A stretch of 64,000 bases of DNA from Octopus vulgaris (lineage: Eukaryota). The translations under genes were made by a program, and so were the position numbers. Every line of letters starts with the position of its first letter. The stretch's first letter is position 1. The DNA lies in contig OX597820.1 in assembly GCA_951406725.2 (NCBI GenBank), positions 18,662,001 to 18,726,000 on the forward strand. Direction: 5' to 3'. The notes beneath the pieces were generated by a model that ran no database searches, was not told the DNA's origin, and saw only the letters and a program-made list of their open reading frames with translations. Positions 52,838 through 64,000 of the stretch are shown piece after piece.

Positions 52838-53542
52838 CACACTCGCTATACCTGCTTACAGTTTTGTTGTCTCGCTGGAAAGATTCTGCAGGATTCTCCG
52901 GTGCTAAACTGTCGAAGTAGATCAGCCCCTCTTTTCTGCAACAATTACGGTAAATGCATAGTATGGCTTTACCGTTTAGTCAGTTACTGTGACAGTTAGG
53001 TGGTTTAAGATGAGTTAAATTTGTTAAGAAATAAGTCAATTAGAAGCATAACATGACAGCTATATCATTTCTTCAGTATTGTATGAGATAGGACAGAGCT
53101 GAAAATGTGACAGGTGGTTTGTGAGATGCAAGTGGAAGAAGAAAGCGAAAAAGAAGTTTCTGGATGTCTGACTAATTGACAGAATTAAATTCATCTTCTT
53201 AAGATTCCCAGATCTAGTTTAGGAATCCCAATTCAAAATCGCAGAAATATTAATTGAGAAGCTGTATACCACTTACCAAACTCTACGCAGTGGTATTGAC
53301 GTGAGAGTACAAGTGAATATAGGATTCGTATATGGTTTGGCAGCATGCTAGAAATGGCAGTCAAGTAGCTCTCAATCAACATCATATACTGTCTATTAAG
53401 AAAAATAAAGGACAGACACATATGAAGTGGAATTGTGTCAGTTACCTGGTTACAGGTGTTGTGACAATAATTTCGACAGTGCCGAATAATAAATGATTAA
53501 GTAAGCGAAACTGTCTTTGTGAGTTTTGGAATGGCTATTATA

Positions 53543-53963
53543 CTCTTAACTCTTTTACTTGTTTCAGTCATTTGACTGTGGCCATGCTGGAGCACCACCT
53601 TTAGTCAAGCAAATCGATCCCAGGACTTATTCTTTGTAAGCCAAGTACTTAATCTATCGATCTCTTTTGCCGAACTGCTAAGTTGGTTCGGGACATAAAC
53701 ACACCACCATCGGTTGTCAAGCGATGTTGGGGGGACAAACACAGACACACAAACATATACACACATACATACACACACACACACACATATACAAATATAC
53801 AACAGGCTTCTTTCAGTTTCCCGTCTACCAAATCCACTCACAAGGCTTTGGTCAGCTCAAGGCTATAGTAGAAGACATTTGCCCAAGGTATCACGCAGTG
53901 GGACTGAACCCGGAACCATGTGGTTGGTAAGCAAGCTACTTACCACACAGCCACTCCTTTGCC
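53543..53963 (-). mobile_element. SINE family A, full length
   Basis: Tail to head match. Confidence 0.88.
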
Positions 53964-54289
53964 TATATATGTGTATTCCATGCTGTAATTGTCTTAGTTT
54001 CAACACACATCCATGCTGGTACAATGTTAAAAGCATCTCGTATACTTTGTAGAATAGCTGACAGCAGGAAAGTCATCCAGCTGTGGAAACCAAGCCAAAT
54101 CAGACAGGAACCTGGTGCAGCTCTCCAGCTATGATCAAACCATCCAACCCATGCCAGCATGCAAAACAGACACTAAATGACGATGATGATGATGATGACA
54201 AGACAGCCTCAGATCATATCCCCTCCAATACACAGTAGTGTTGTTCTAGATACCTTGTGCATGTGGCTTAGTGGTTATGTGGCTTAGTG

Positions 54290-54525
54290 GGAGGCATGTG
54301 GCTTAGTGGTTATGGTGTTGCACTCATGATCTTAAGATTGTGGTTTCGATTCCTGGACCAGGTGGTGCGTTGTGTTCTTGAGCAAAAACTCTTCATTTCA
54401 CGTTGCACCAGTCCACTCAGCTGGCAAAAATGAGTAATCCTGCAATGGATCAGTGTCCTGTCGAGGTGGGGACCAGGAAACTGGCCCTTATGAGTTGATA
54501 TGACTCGAGAAGGTAACTTTACCAT
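54290..54525 (+). mobile_element. SINE family D
   Basis: Homologous to 29621-29885. The A-box segment is duplicated just upstream. Confidence 0.8.
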
Positions 54526-54748
54526 TATTTTACCTTAGAAGACTTTTGTCCAAGATGTTAAGATGCCAGATCAAATTGAAACCATAGGATTGCAAAGCCA
54601 ACTTCTTAATGACGCAGAGGCGCATTACCTAGGCATTAGGATGTTGCTCTCAAGATTGTAAGAACACGGTTTCAAATCCTGGACTGAGTAGTGCCATTGA
54701 ATTCTTGAGCATAACAATTCATTTAACACTGCTCTAGTTCACTCAGGT

Positions 54749-55083
54749 GAAGGTGCACAGCTCAGTGGTTAGAGCGTCAAGCTTACGATCTTAAGGTTGT
54801 GAGTTCGAATCCCGGACCGGGCTGTGTGTTGTGTTCTTGAGTAAGACACTTTTATTTCATGTTCGTCCAGTTCACTCAGCTGTAGAAATGAGTTGCAACG
54901 TCACAGGTGCCAAGCTGTATTGGCTGTTGCCTTTCCCTTGGATAACATCAGTGGTGTGGAGAGGGGAGGCCGGTATGCATGGGCGACTGCTGGTCTTCCA
55001 TAAACAACCTTGCCCATACTTGTGCCTGGAAGTGTAACTTTCTGTGTGCAATCCCATGGTCAGTAATGACTGAAGCAGGTCTC
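54749..55083 (+). mobile_element. tRNA-derived SINE (D-related head, different 3' half)
   Basis: CAGCTCAGTGG and GAGTTCGAATCC boxes followed by TTGTGTTCTTGAGTAAGACACTTT. Flank GTTCACTCAG is duplicated. Confidence 0.8.
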
Positions 55084-55293
55084 AGCAGTTCACTCAGTAG
55101 TAAATAAGCTCCGGAAATAGTTGGAAAGTTAACCTTATGATGGCTCAGGTTCCTGTTTGATGTTGGGGGTAAGGAGTGTTAGAGTCTCAGTCACTGCTTC
55201 TACAACATGAAAACTTATGAGTTCTAAGGTTCATAGTAGACCTCCCCACTCTTAGTCTTCTTAACAATGCATCCCATAATTATTTCAGTAAAT

Positions 55294-55593
55294 CACCGTG
55301 ACCGACCAGGCTATCAGATGTTGCTACACATCGCTAGTCACAATGCGCTTTGCATTGTTTTAGCCTTCAAATGACGCTACCCCGCTGGCTAAGCAAGCAG
55401 GCCAACAGGAGAAAGAATGAGAGAAAGTTGTGGCAAAAGAGTACAGCAGGGATCGCCACCATCCCCTGCCAGGGCCTCGTGGAGCTTTAGGTGTTTTCAC
55501 TCAATAAACACTCACAATGCCCGGTCTGGGAATTGAAACCGCGATCTTACGACCACGAGTCCGCTGCCCTAACCACTGGGCTATTGCGCCTCC
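55294..55593 (-). mobile_element. SINE family C with 12-bp TSD
   Basis: TSD ATTTCAGTAAAT at 55282-55293 and 55594-55605. Confidence 0.9.
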
Positions 55594-55699
55594 ATTTCAG
55601 TAAATAAACACAAAAATCGGTTATTAAAATAAAAGGAAAAACATTTAAGGAATGCATTCCAAAGGAACACAATTCTATGACTGAAGGGTTTCTACCCAA

Positions 55700-55930
55700 T
55701 AAAGAAAGTTCCTACCTAATAAAGAAAACCGATGTTTTATACAGTTTTGACATTAGCGATTATTATCCATCAATTTCTGAACACCTTTTGATGAATGTTA
55801 TCAATTTTGTTAAGAAATTTCCACAAATTACTACATCAGAAATTAATATTATTTCACATGCCAGAGAATCTGTTCTGTGTAATGGTAACTAGTTCTTATA
55901 GAAAAACAAGGAAACAAAAAGAAGAAAGAC
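55700..55930 (+). pseudogene. Penelope-like RT fragment, same family as 44600-46050
   Basis: FDISDYYPSISEHLLMNVINFVKKFPQITTSEINIISHARESVL. The nucleotide sequence is close to the reverse complement of 44765-44985. Confidence 0.85.
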
Positions 55931-56049
55931 CGACAAAATATCACTGACCATTTTGTCCGTCTTTCCATTCTGAGTTCAGGTTCTTACAATTCTGCCAGGT
56001 TGTCTGCCACCTTAGTAACATAATAATAATAATAATGATAATAATAATA

Positions 56050-56665
56050 ATCCCTTTTACTGGAAGTACAAGGCCTCAAATTTGGGGGAAGAGATTAGGT
56101 CGATTTCATTGACCCCAATGTATAACTAGTATTTGCTTAATTGACCCCCAAAAGGATGAAAGGCAAAGTTAACCTTGCCTGAATTTGAACTCAGAATGTA
56201 GCAGCAGACAAAATACCTCTAAGCATTTTGCCTGGTGTGTTAAAGTTTCTGCCATCTTGCCACCTTAACACTATCCAGTATTCTTTTCTACTCTCAGCAC
56301 GAGGCCCGAAATTTTGGAGGAGGTGGGGGGCCAGTCAATTACATCAACCCCAGTATGCAACTGGTACTTAATTTATCGGGCTCAAAAGGATGAAAGGTAA
56401 AGTCGACCTCGGCGCGCATAGTAACGTTTCTGCCAGCTTGCTGCCTTTAAATATTCCTTTTTACTTTAGGCACAAGGCCTGAAATTTGGGGGGAGGGGAC
56501 TAGTCAATTACATCAACCCCACTACGCAACTGGTACTTGATTTATTGAGCTCAAAGGATGAAAGCAAAGTCGACCTTGGCAGAACTTGAACTCAGAACAC
56601 AAAGACAGACGAAATACCGCTAAGCATTCCGCCCAACATGCTAACGTTTCTACCAGCGTGCTGCT
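56050..56665 (-). mobile_element. Cluster of three family-B SINEs
   Basis: Three consecutive CA(A/G)GGCC..GAAAGG(C/T)AAAGT bodies. Confidence 0.8.
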
Positions 56666-56867
56666 TTCACACACTCAAAATATTAAACCAACCATATTCA
56701 AACCCAAATTTCCTACCTGCTTAATGTTCAAACTGACCAGATTGCGCCTCTTATATCTCCCAACAATGTCATTCAGAACATAAACAATTGCATCATGAAA
56801 ATCTTAAAACTATTACATAATGCTTAATTAATTCAAATCAATGTTAATGAATATGTATTGTGCATTT

Positions 56868-57065
56868 GACAGAATAATATAATAACAAAATAACAGAATA
56901 ACAGAATAACAAAATATAACAGAATAACAATATAAAATAACAATATAAAAATATAACAGAATAAGAGAATAACAAATAAGAAAATAACAGAATAACAGAA
57001 TAACAGAATGACAAAATAACAGAGTTACAGAATAACAGAATAACGAAATAACAAAATAACAAAAT
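56868..57065. repeat. 8-bp repeat (AATAACAG)n
   Basis: Visible periodicity. Confidence 0.9.
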
Positions 57066-57355
57066 ATTAAACATAAAAACACAGGCTCATGATTTAATTC
57101 TACATATCCCTGAAAAGAAAAAGGATGATCTTACCTATAATTCACTGATTAAAGGCCTGGCTTGTTAGGACTGACCTGGGGTTAAACAACAACTGAAGAA
57201 GAGAAAATGATGAAAGACGCTATAAACCTTAATAAATACAAAACAAAAAAAGGGGTTAATTTATTCAATATTTCAGCTTTAATAAATCCTAATTGTGGAA
57301 AATGTTAATTTTAAAATTCAATATTCTGAAGGGTCTGCTAAATCATATTACTCTG

Positions 57356-57425
<70 letters not shown>

Positions 57426-57640
57426 CACACATATATATATACACACACATATATATATATGTATATAATACATATACATATATAAATATATAATATATAT
57501 ATGAAATACATATACATATATATATATAAACCATATACATATATATATATGTATAAATCCATACATACATATATACACATATATGTATGTGTGTGTATTA
57601 TAAAAGCAGAGTGTGATGTATGTATGTATGTAGTGTATAT

Positions 57641-57674
<34 letters not shown>

Positions 57675-57790
57675 AATACATATAGGTGTATGTATTCAGA
57701 GATAGATATATGCATACACACACATATATACATACATGCATATATATATATATGTGTGTGTGTATGTATATACATATATGTATGTATGTG

Positions 57791-57823
<33 letters not shown>

Positions 57824-58074
57824 GTATGTGTGTGTGTGTGTATTCATATATGCATGTATATATCTACATATGTATACATGCACACATATAAGTAAATAAA
57901 AAGAGAGACAGAGATAGAGATATGACGGCTCTAAGGGTTGTGTAGAAGTAGCCCCCTTCTCTGAGTAATGTATAATGTATAGACATTCCTCACACACGTA
58001 TTATATATATACGTATGTACGCATGTATGTATATGTATCGATAATAAGATCTTATCAAAATCAAAATCAATATG

Positions 58075-58603
58075 CATTCATCAACATCGTTGTTGTTGTT
58101 GTTGTTATCGTCGTAGTCATCATCATCCTCATCCTCATCAACGTTGGCATCATTGTCATCAACATCCCCACCCCCATCACAATCATTATCATGATGATCA
58201 CCATCACCATCATCTTCACTACCACTATCATCATCATCATCATCTTTATCATCGCCCTCATCATCATCACCATCATGATCATCATAATCACTGACCATCA
58301 TCATCATCATCATCATCATCATCTCATCGCCCTCATCATCATTGTTGTCATCATCATCATCACTGACCAACATCATCATCTTCATCGTCGTCATCGTCGT
58401 CATCATTATCATCATCATTAGCATCGTCATCAGCATCATCATCATCACCATCACAATTTTTTTGCCCTCATCACCATCATCAGCATCATCACCATCATTG
58501 TCGTAAACATCATCATCATCACCATCACCATTTTTGCCCTCATCACCATCATTACCATCATAATCGCCCTCATGATGATGATGATCATCATCATCACCTT
58601 CAC

Positions 58604-58634
<31 letters not shown>

Positions 58635-58660
58635 GACAACAACAACTGCAGCAGCAATTA
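58075..58660. repeat. Compound (CAT)n
   Basis: Visible trinucleotide array. Confidence 0.92.
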
Positions 58661-59666
58661 TCAATAAATTCTTACAATATGAGCAAGTTAATTATTTTTT
58701 GCTCTTAATAACATTTAATAACTACAAAATTGTTCATATAACAATCTAAACTTGCAACACACACACACACATACACACACACACTTTGCACACAAACACA
58801 CACATGCATACATAAATGCATGCATAGGCATGCACACACACATGCATACACACATATATATGCATGCAGATACACATGCATAGACACACACATACACACA
58901 CACACATGTGCACACGCATGCATCCACACATAGACATACACATACACACACACATATTTCCACACATGTATGTGTACATACAAATACACACACACACACA
59001 GAACTTTAAACAATTAAAATACTCTTTATGCCAAAGCATCAACAACAACAACAGCAACAACCCACAAAGGATTCAGAAAGACTGGAGAGGGGAGAGAGAG
59101 AGAGTGAATCAACTTTGCCTTTGATCCTTTTGGGGTCGATAAATTAAATACCAGTTGAGTAATGGGGGCCGATCTAATCGGCTTGCCCCTTGCCCCAAAA
59201 TTTCAGGCCTTGTGCCTGTAGTAGGAAGGGTTATATAATATTGGCTCCAAATTTTGGCACAAGGCCAGCAATTTCAGGAGAAGGGATGAGTTGATTACAT
59301 TACCCCCAGTGTTTTACTGGTACTTAATTTATCAATCCTAAAATACTGCTAAGCATTTTGCCCAATGTGCTAATGTTTCTGCCAGAAATTGAATTATATA
59401 TTAACAATGGAGAATTCGATCCATATTCTTTTCTACTCTAGGCACAAGACCTGAAATTTTTTGGGAGGGATCCGGTTGATTAGATCGACCCCAGTTGCAA
59501 CAGTTACTTAATTTATCGACCCTGAAAGGATGAAAGGCAAAGTTGACTTCAGCATGATTTGAACACATAATGTAAAGATGAATAAAATAATGCTAAGCAT
59601 TCTGCCCAGCGTGCTAACGATTCTGCCAGCTCACCACCTTAAATCGAATTATATATTAACAACTAT

Positions 59667-59829
59667 AGGCACAGGAGTGGCTGTGTGGTAAGTTCCTTGC
59701 TTACAAACCACATGGTTCTGGGTTCAGTCCCACTGCGTGACACCTTGGACAAGTGTCTACTACTATAGCCTTGGGCTGACCAAAGCCTTGTGAGTGGATT
59801 TGGTAGACGGAAACTGAAAAGAAGCCCAT

Positions 59830-59876
<47 letters not shown>

Positions 59877-60093
59877 ATATTTGTACATATGTTTGTGTAT
59901 CTGTGTTTGTCCCCCAGCATTGCTTGACAACCTATGCTGGTGTGTTTACATCCCCGTAACTAAGCGATTCAGCAAAAGAGACCGATAGAATAAGTACTAG
60001 GCTTACAAAGAATAGGTCCTGGGGTCAATTTCTTCAACTAAAGACGGTGCTCCAGCATGACCACAGTCAAATGACTGAAACAAGTAAAAGAGT
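59667..60093 (+). mobile_element. SINE family A, full length
   Basis: AGGCACAGGAGTGGCTGTGTGG head to GTAAAAGAGT tail. Confidence 0.88.
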
Positions 60094-60639
60094 AATGAAT
60101 TTTGATTTGTGTAAACAAATCGAAATCGCTGGTGTGGCCAATGACAGTACCCCCTAATTGGCACTCGTGCCAGTGGGATGTTAAAAGCACATCTGAGTGT
60201 GATCATTGCCAGGACCACGGATTGGCTCCCATGCTGGTGATACGTGAAAAGCACCGTTTGAGCATGATCGCTGCCCGTGTCACTTTACAAGCATATGTGC
60301 TGGCTGTACATGAAAAACAACATTAGAGTATGGTCATTGCCAGTGCCACCAGACTGGCTCCCATGCAGTAGCACGTAAAAACACCTTTTGAGCGTGGTTG
60401 TTGCCAGAACCGCCTGACCAGCCCTCGTGCCGGTAGCATGCAAAAGCACCCACTACACTCTCAGAGTGGTTGGTATTAGGAAGGGCATCCAGCTGTAGAA
60501 ACTTTGCCAGATCAGATTGAGCTTGGTGCAGCCTTCTGGCTCACCAGTCCTCAGTCAAACTGTCCAACCCATGCCAGCTTGGAAAGTGGATGTTAAACGA
60601 AGATGATGAGGATGTTGATGAATGAAGAGTTCAATCCAT

Positions 60640-61420
60640 ATTCTTTTCTATTCTAGGCACAAGGCCCGAAATTTTTTGGTAGGGGGCCAGTTGATTAGAT
60701 CGACCTCAGTACGCAACTGGTACTTAATTTATTGTTATGTCACATGTTCAGATGCCTTCTACTCTAGATTCTGCTACTCTGCTCGACTCTCTACTCTAGT
60801 CTGCTCTCACTGCTACTCAACTGTTCTTGTCTACACAGCTGTTCTCCTGACGTCTAGGCTTCTCCCTCTATATCTAGGTATTGGGCTAGACTACTTCATC
60901 ATCTGGGGGGTGTCCACACAACATTTATTGACCCTGAAAGGATGAAAGACAAAGTCAACTTTAGCAAGATTTGAACACAGAATGTAAAGAAGAATAAAAT
61001 ACCTATTTCTTTACTACCCACAAGGGGCTAAACACAGAGGGGACAAACACAGACAGACAAACAGATCAAGTCAATTACATCGACTCCAGTGCATAACTGG
61101 TACTTAATTTATCGACCCCGAAAGGATGAAAGGCAAAGTCGACCTCAGTGAAATTTGAACTCAGAACCTAACGGCAGACAAAATACCTATTTCTTTACTA
61201 CCCACAAGGGGCTAAACACAGAGGAGACAAACAAGGACAGACAGATGGATTAAGTCGATTATATCAACCCCAGTGCGTAACTGGTACTTTTTTAATCGAC
61301 CCCGAAAGGATGAAAGGCAAAGTCGACCACGGCGGAATTTGAACTCAGAACGTAGCGGCAGACGAAATACGGCTGCGCATTTCGCCCAGCGTGCTAACGT
61401 TTCTGCCAAGTCGCCGCCTT
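60640..61420 (-). mobile_element. SINE family B trimer containing a solo LTR
   Basis: AAATACC-TATTTCTTT junctions near 61003 and 61187. Single head ending about 61420. Confidence 0.85.
60733..60923. mobile_element. Solo LTR (191 bp)
   Basis: TG...CA ends (TGTTATGT / ACACAACA) with a perfect 5-bp TSD TTTAT at 60728-60732 and 60924-60928. It interrupts a SINE B body cleanly. Confidence 0.8.
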
Positions 61421-62199
61421 AAATCGAATTGTATATTAACAAAGGGGAGTTTAATCCATATTGCCTCTTCCTCCTATAGCCTACTGCTTCAACATTCAAC
61501 AACAACAGCTACAACAATACCATAAAAGAGCATTCCGCTTTTGTCTGCGATTATAATTTACATGGATGAGGCAGAGAGGACATCATGTAAATTGCTTCCA
61601 CACATTTTGGTCTGGATGGATCAATATATATAATGCTCTCTAGACGGATTAAATAACACTATTTTTGAAATGATCTAAGAAAACGGTCACTGATTTATTA
61701 CAGTGTTGGAACTGGGAATTATTAACAGACACGAGTCAGTACTATTGGAAATGTTTCAAAGAATTCTAGATATTCTTGTATATATGTGTGTGTGTGTGTG
61801 TTTGAGTGATTGTGTATGAGGGTTTGAGTGTATGGGTCTTTGTATGGGTGTGTATGCGTGCATGTATGTATATGTATGTGGGTATCTATGTATGTGTGTG
61901 TGTGTATCTATGTGTGTATCTATGTATGTACACATGTATGTGTGTATTTGTGTATGTGCACGTGTATGTGTGTGTATGTGTATGTATGTGTGTATCTGTG
62001 TATGTGCACATGTATGCGTGTGTATGTGTATGCATGAATGTATGTGTGTATATGTATCTATATATTGTGTATATGCATTCGTATATATGCATCTATATAT
62101 GTGTGTATGTATGTGTTTATGTATGCGGATGTATGCTTGCATATGTGTAGGCATGTGTGTTTATGTCTATGTATATATGTATGTGTGCATTTATGTATG

Positions 62200-62512
62200 C
62201 ATAGGAGTGGCTGTATGGTAAATAGATTGCTTCCCAACAACATGGTTCCAGGTTCAGACCCATTGCATGGCACCTTGGGCAAGTGTTTTCTGCTATAACC
62301 CCAGGCCAACTAAAGCCTTGTGAGTGGATTTGGTAGACGGAAATTGAAAGATGCTGGTGTGTTTATGTCCCTGTAACTTAGCAGTTCAGCAAAAGAGACC
62401 TGATAGAATAAGTACTAGGCATACAAATAATAAGTCCTGGGGTTGATTTGCCCAACTGAAAGTGGTGCTCCAGCATGGCAACAGTCAAATGACTGAAACA
62501 AGTAAAAAGAGT
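62200..62512 (+). mobile_element. SINE family A with internal deletion
   Basis: Head and tail present, middle segment missing. Confidence 0.8.
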
Positions 62513-62793
62513 ATATGTATGTGTGTATCTATGTATGTATATATGTGTGTATGTGTGTATACATGCATGTATGTATGCGTGCATATATGTGTGTACATGT
62601 GTGCATGCTTGTGTGTATATGAGTGTATGTATGTGTTTAGTTCTCTTCTTGCTTTTGTTGCTTTTAAGTGAGATAGTAACAAAGTCTTTGTCTGCTCTTG
62701 AAGAATGTTTCAAAATTTGGTAACTTTTTTGTATATATATATATATATTTTAAACTCTTTTTGGTGTTGTTGTTGTTGCTGTTATTAATATTA

Positions 62794-62843
<50 letters not shown>

Positions 62844-62900
62844 TTATCATTATTATTATCATCATTCTTATTACTATTATTATTGTTATCATTATTATCA

Positions 62901-63458
62901 TTGAGTGAGAGAGCAGTTTATGCCATCAAAGTGAAACTGGGGTAAAGTATACGAAGCCCAGTATACCCATCATGACTACACGTCTGATAAGGGTACACCA
63001 GGCACATGCATCACAACCATATGTGCATGACATGGTAACCTCATATCATGATAAACATCACATGACCTTGCAGGTGGGGCCCAGTTAGAATTTTCTTCTG
63101 GTCAAGTAGCCCATCCTGCTCAAAAGGTCCCTGAATAAGAGTTGTTTAAGGATGTTGAATGAAACACCCATGTTTCCAGAGGTGAATTATTCAAAACCCC
63201 AAATAAAATTCCTTTCAACACACAGCTATGATGCTCCTCCACTACTTCTGTTTGTGATCAGAGATGCACATATCGTCAGCCACTAAGGGACATGGTCAAC
63301 TGGTTAAGGTCAAACAACTGACAAGCAAATCTGTGGTATTGAACAGAATATTTGCTGTAGCCCATCTTTTATACCAAGACAAAACAATGTACAGGATAAC
63401 ACTTCCAATCAGTTAAGATCAGAAGCCATGAGAGCCACTGCCTGGTACTGCATCAGGG

Positions 63459-63460
<2 letters not shown>
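62901..63460 (-). mobile_element. ~560-bp non-coding repeat embedded in (AAT)n
   Basis: Flanked by (ATT)n on both sides. Its right end is the reverse complement of 26059-26158, which also directly follows (AAT)n. Strand is a guess. Confidence 0.7.
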
Positions 63461-63537
<77 letters not shown>

Positions 63538-64000
63538 GATAGTAATTATTGTTGTAGCTCTATTGATTGTTGAGGGTGGCAATGTAACATGAGCAGTGAA
63601 GCGCTTGACTAAAATACAGTTCAGTGTTTAACCATGTTTCTTCCTGAGGTCACCATCACCTTTTCCTCTAACGGAAAAATTTATAAAACAAGCACCAGTT
63701 GTCTGCTATGAACAATAAAGCCAAATGCACAACATTTTCTTAAAATTAGTTCCGAGACACACTATGGTTCCATGAAAAAGATTTTTGTGGTTCTGTGAGA
63801 CAAGATGTCTTTTGCTAAAATTTACTAAAATCTTAATTTTAATTTATTCGTTTTCCAAGATTTTTTATGTAGAATTCTGTATGGAGACAGATGCTGTTGT
63901 ATCTTGGGGAGGTCATTTTGTCAATAAGAATCACATGCATTGGTTCTATTACGCTTCTTTTTATCATCATCATCATCATCATCATCATCATTATTATGAT

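Noticed and set aside
53233-53421. Minus-strand GTAAGT donor with open frame
   Set aside because: The peptide is unrecognisable and may be a decayed Penelope RT C-terminus. Evidence is insufficient either way.
54749-54825. Possible tRNA gene (also heads at 19307, 26961, 29621)
   Set aside because: A and B boxes are present, but there is no proper acceptor stem or oligo-T terminator, and each continues into a repeated SINE body.
61555-61593. AATTTACATG..CATGTAAATT hairpin
   Set aside because: A single short AT-rich inverted repeat, expected by chance in this composition.

Overview
Repeat-dense, AT-rich eukaryotic genomic DNA with no intact protein-coding gene. It is probably an intron or intergenic stretch of a cephalopod (Octopus-like) genome, inferred from the microsatellite load and the SINE/LINE families rather than from a search. 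Nearly all long ORFs in the track are translations of microsatellites or minisatellites. Recognisable content: dozens of tRNA-headed SINEs from at least five families; decayed transposon coding fragments (Penelope RT and GIY-YIG, R4/Dong-type restriction-like endonuclease, RTE, mariner, maT/Tc1, hAT-Charlie/Buster); a 191-bp solo LTR; TTAA-flanked piggyBac-like MITEs; and 34-, 77-, 18- and 8-bp minisatellites. The most interesting signal is a four-copy short element combining a tRNA-derived Pol III head, an (AAT)n tract and a minimal Penelope-type hammerhead ribozyme. It shows fold-back 5' ends, and its (AAT)n tract appears to be a landing pad for R4/Dong-like retrotransposons. About ten hammerhead-like motifs occur in the window, most of them degenerate. 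One SINE family also forms head-to-tail multimers with a fixed junction. Element boundaries are approximate (about +/-10-30 bp) unless TSDs are given.
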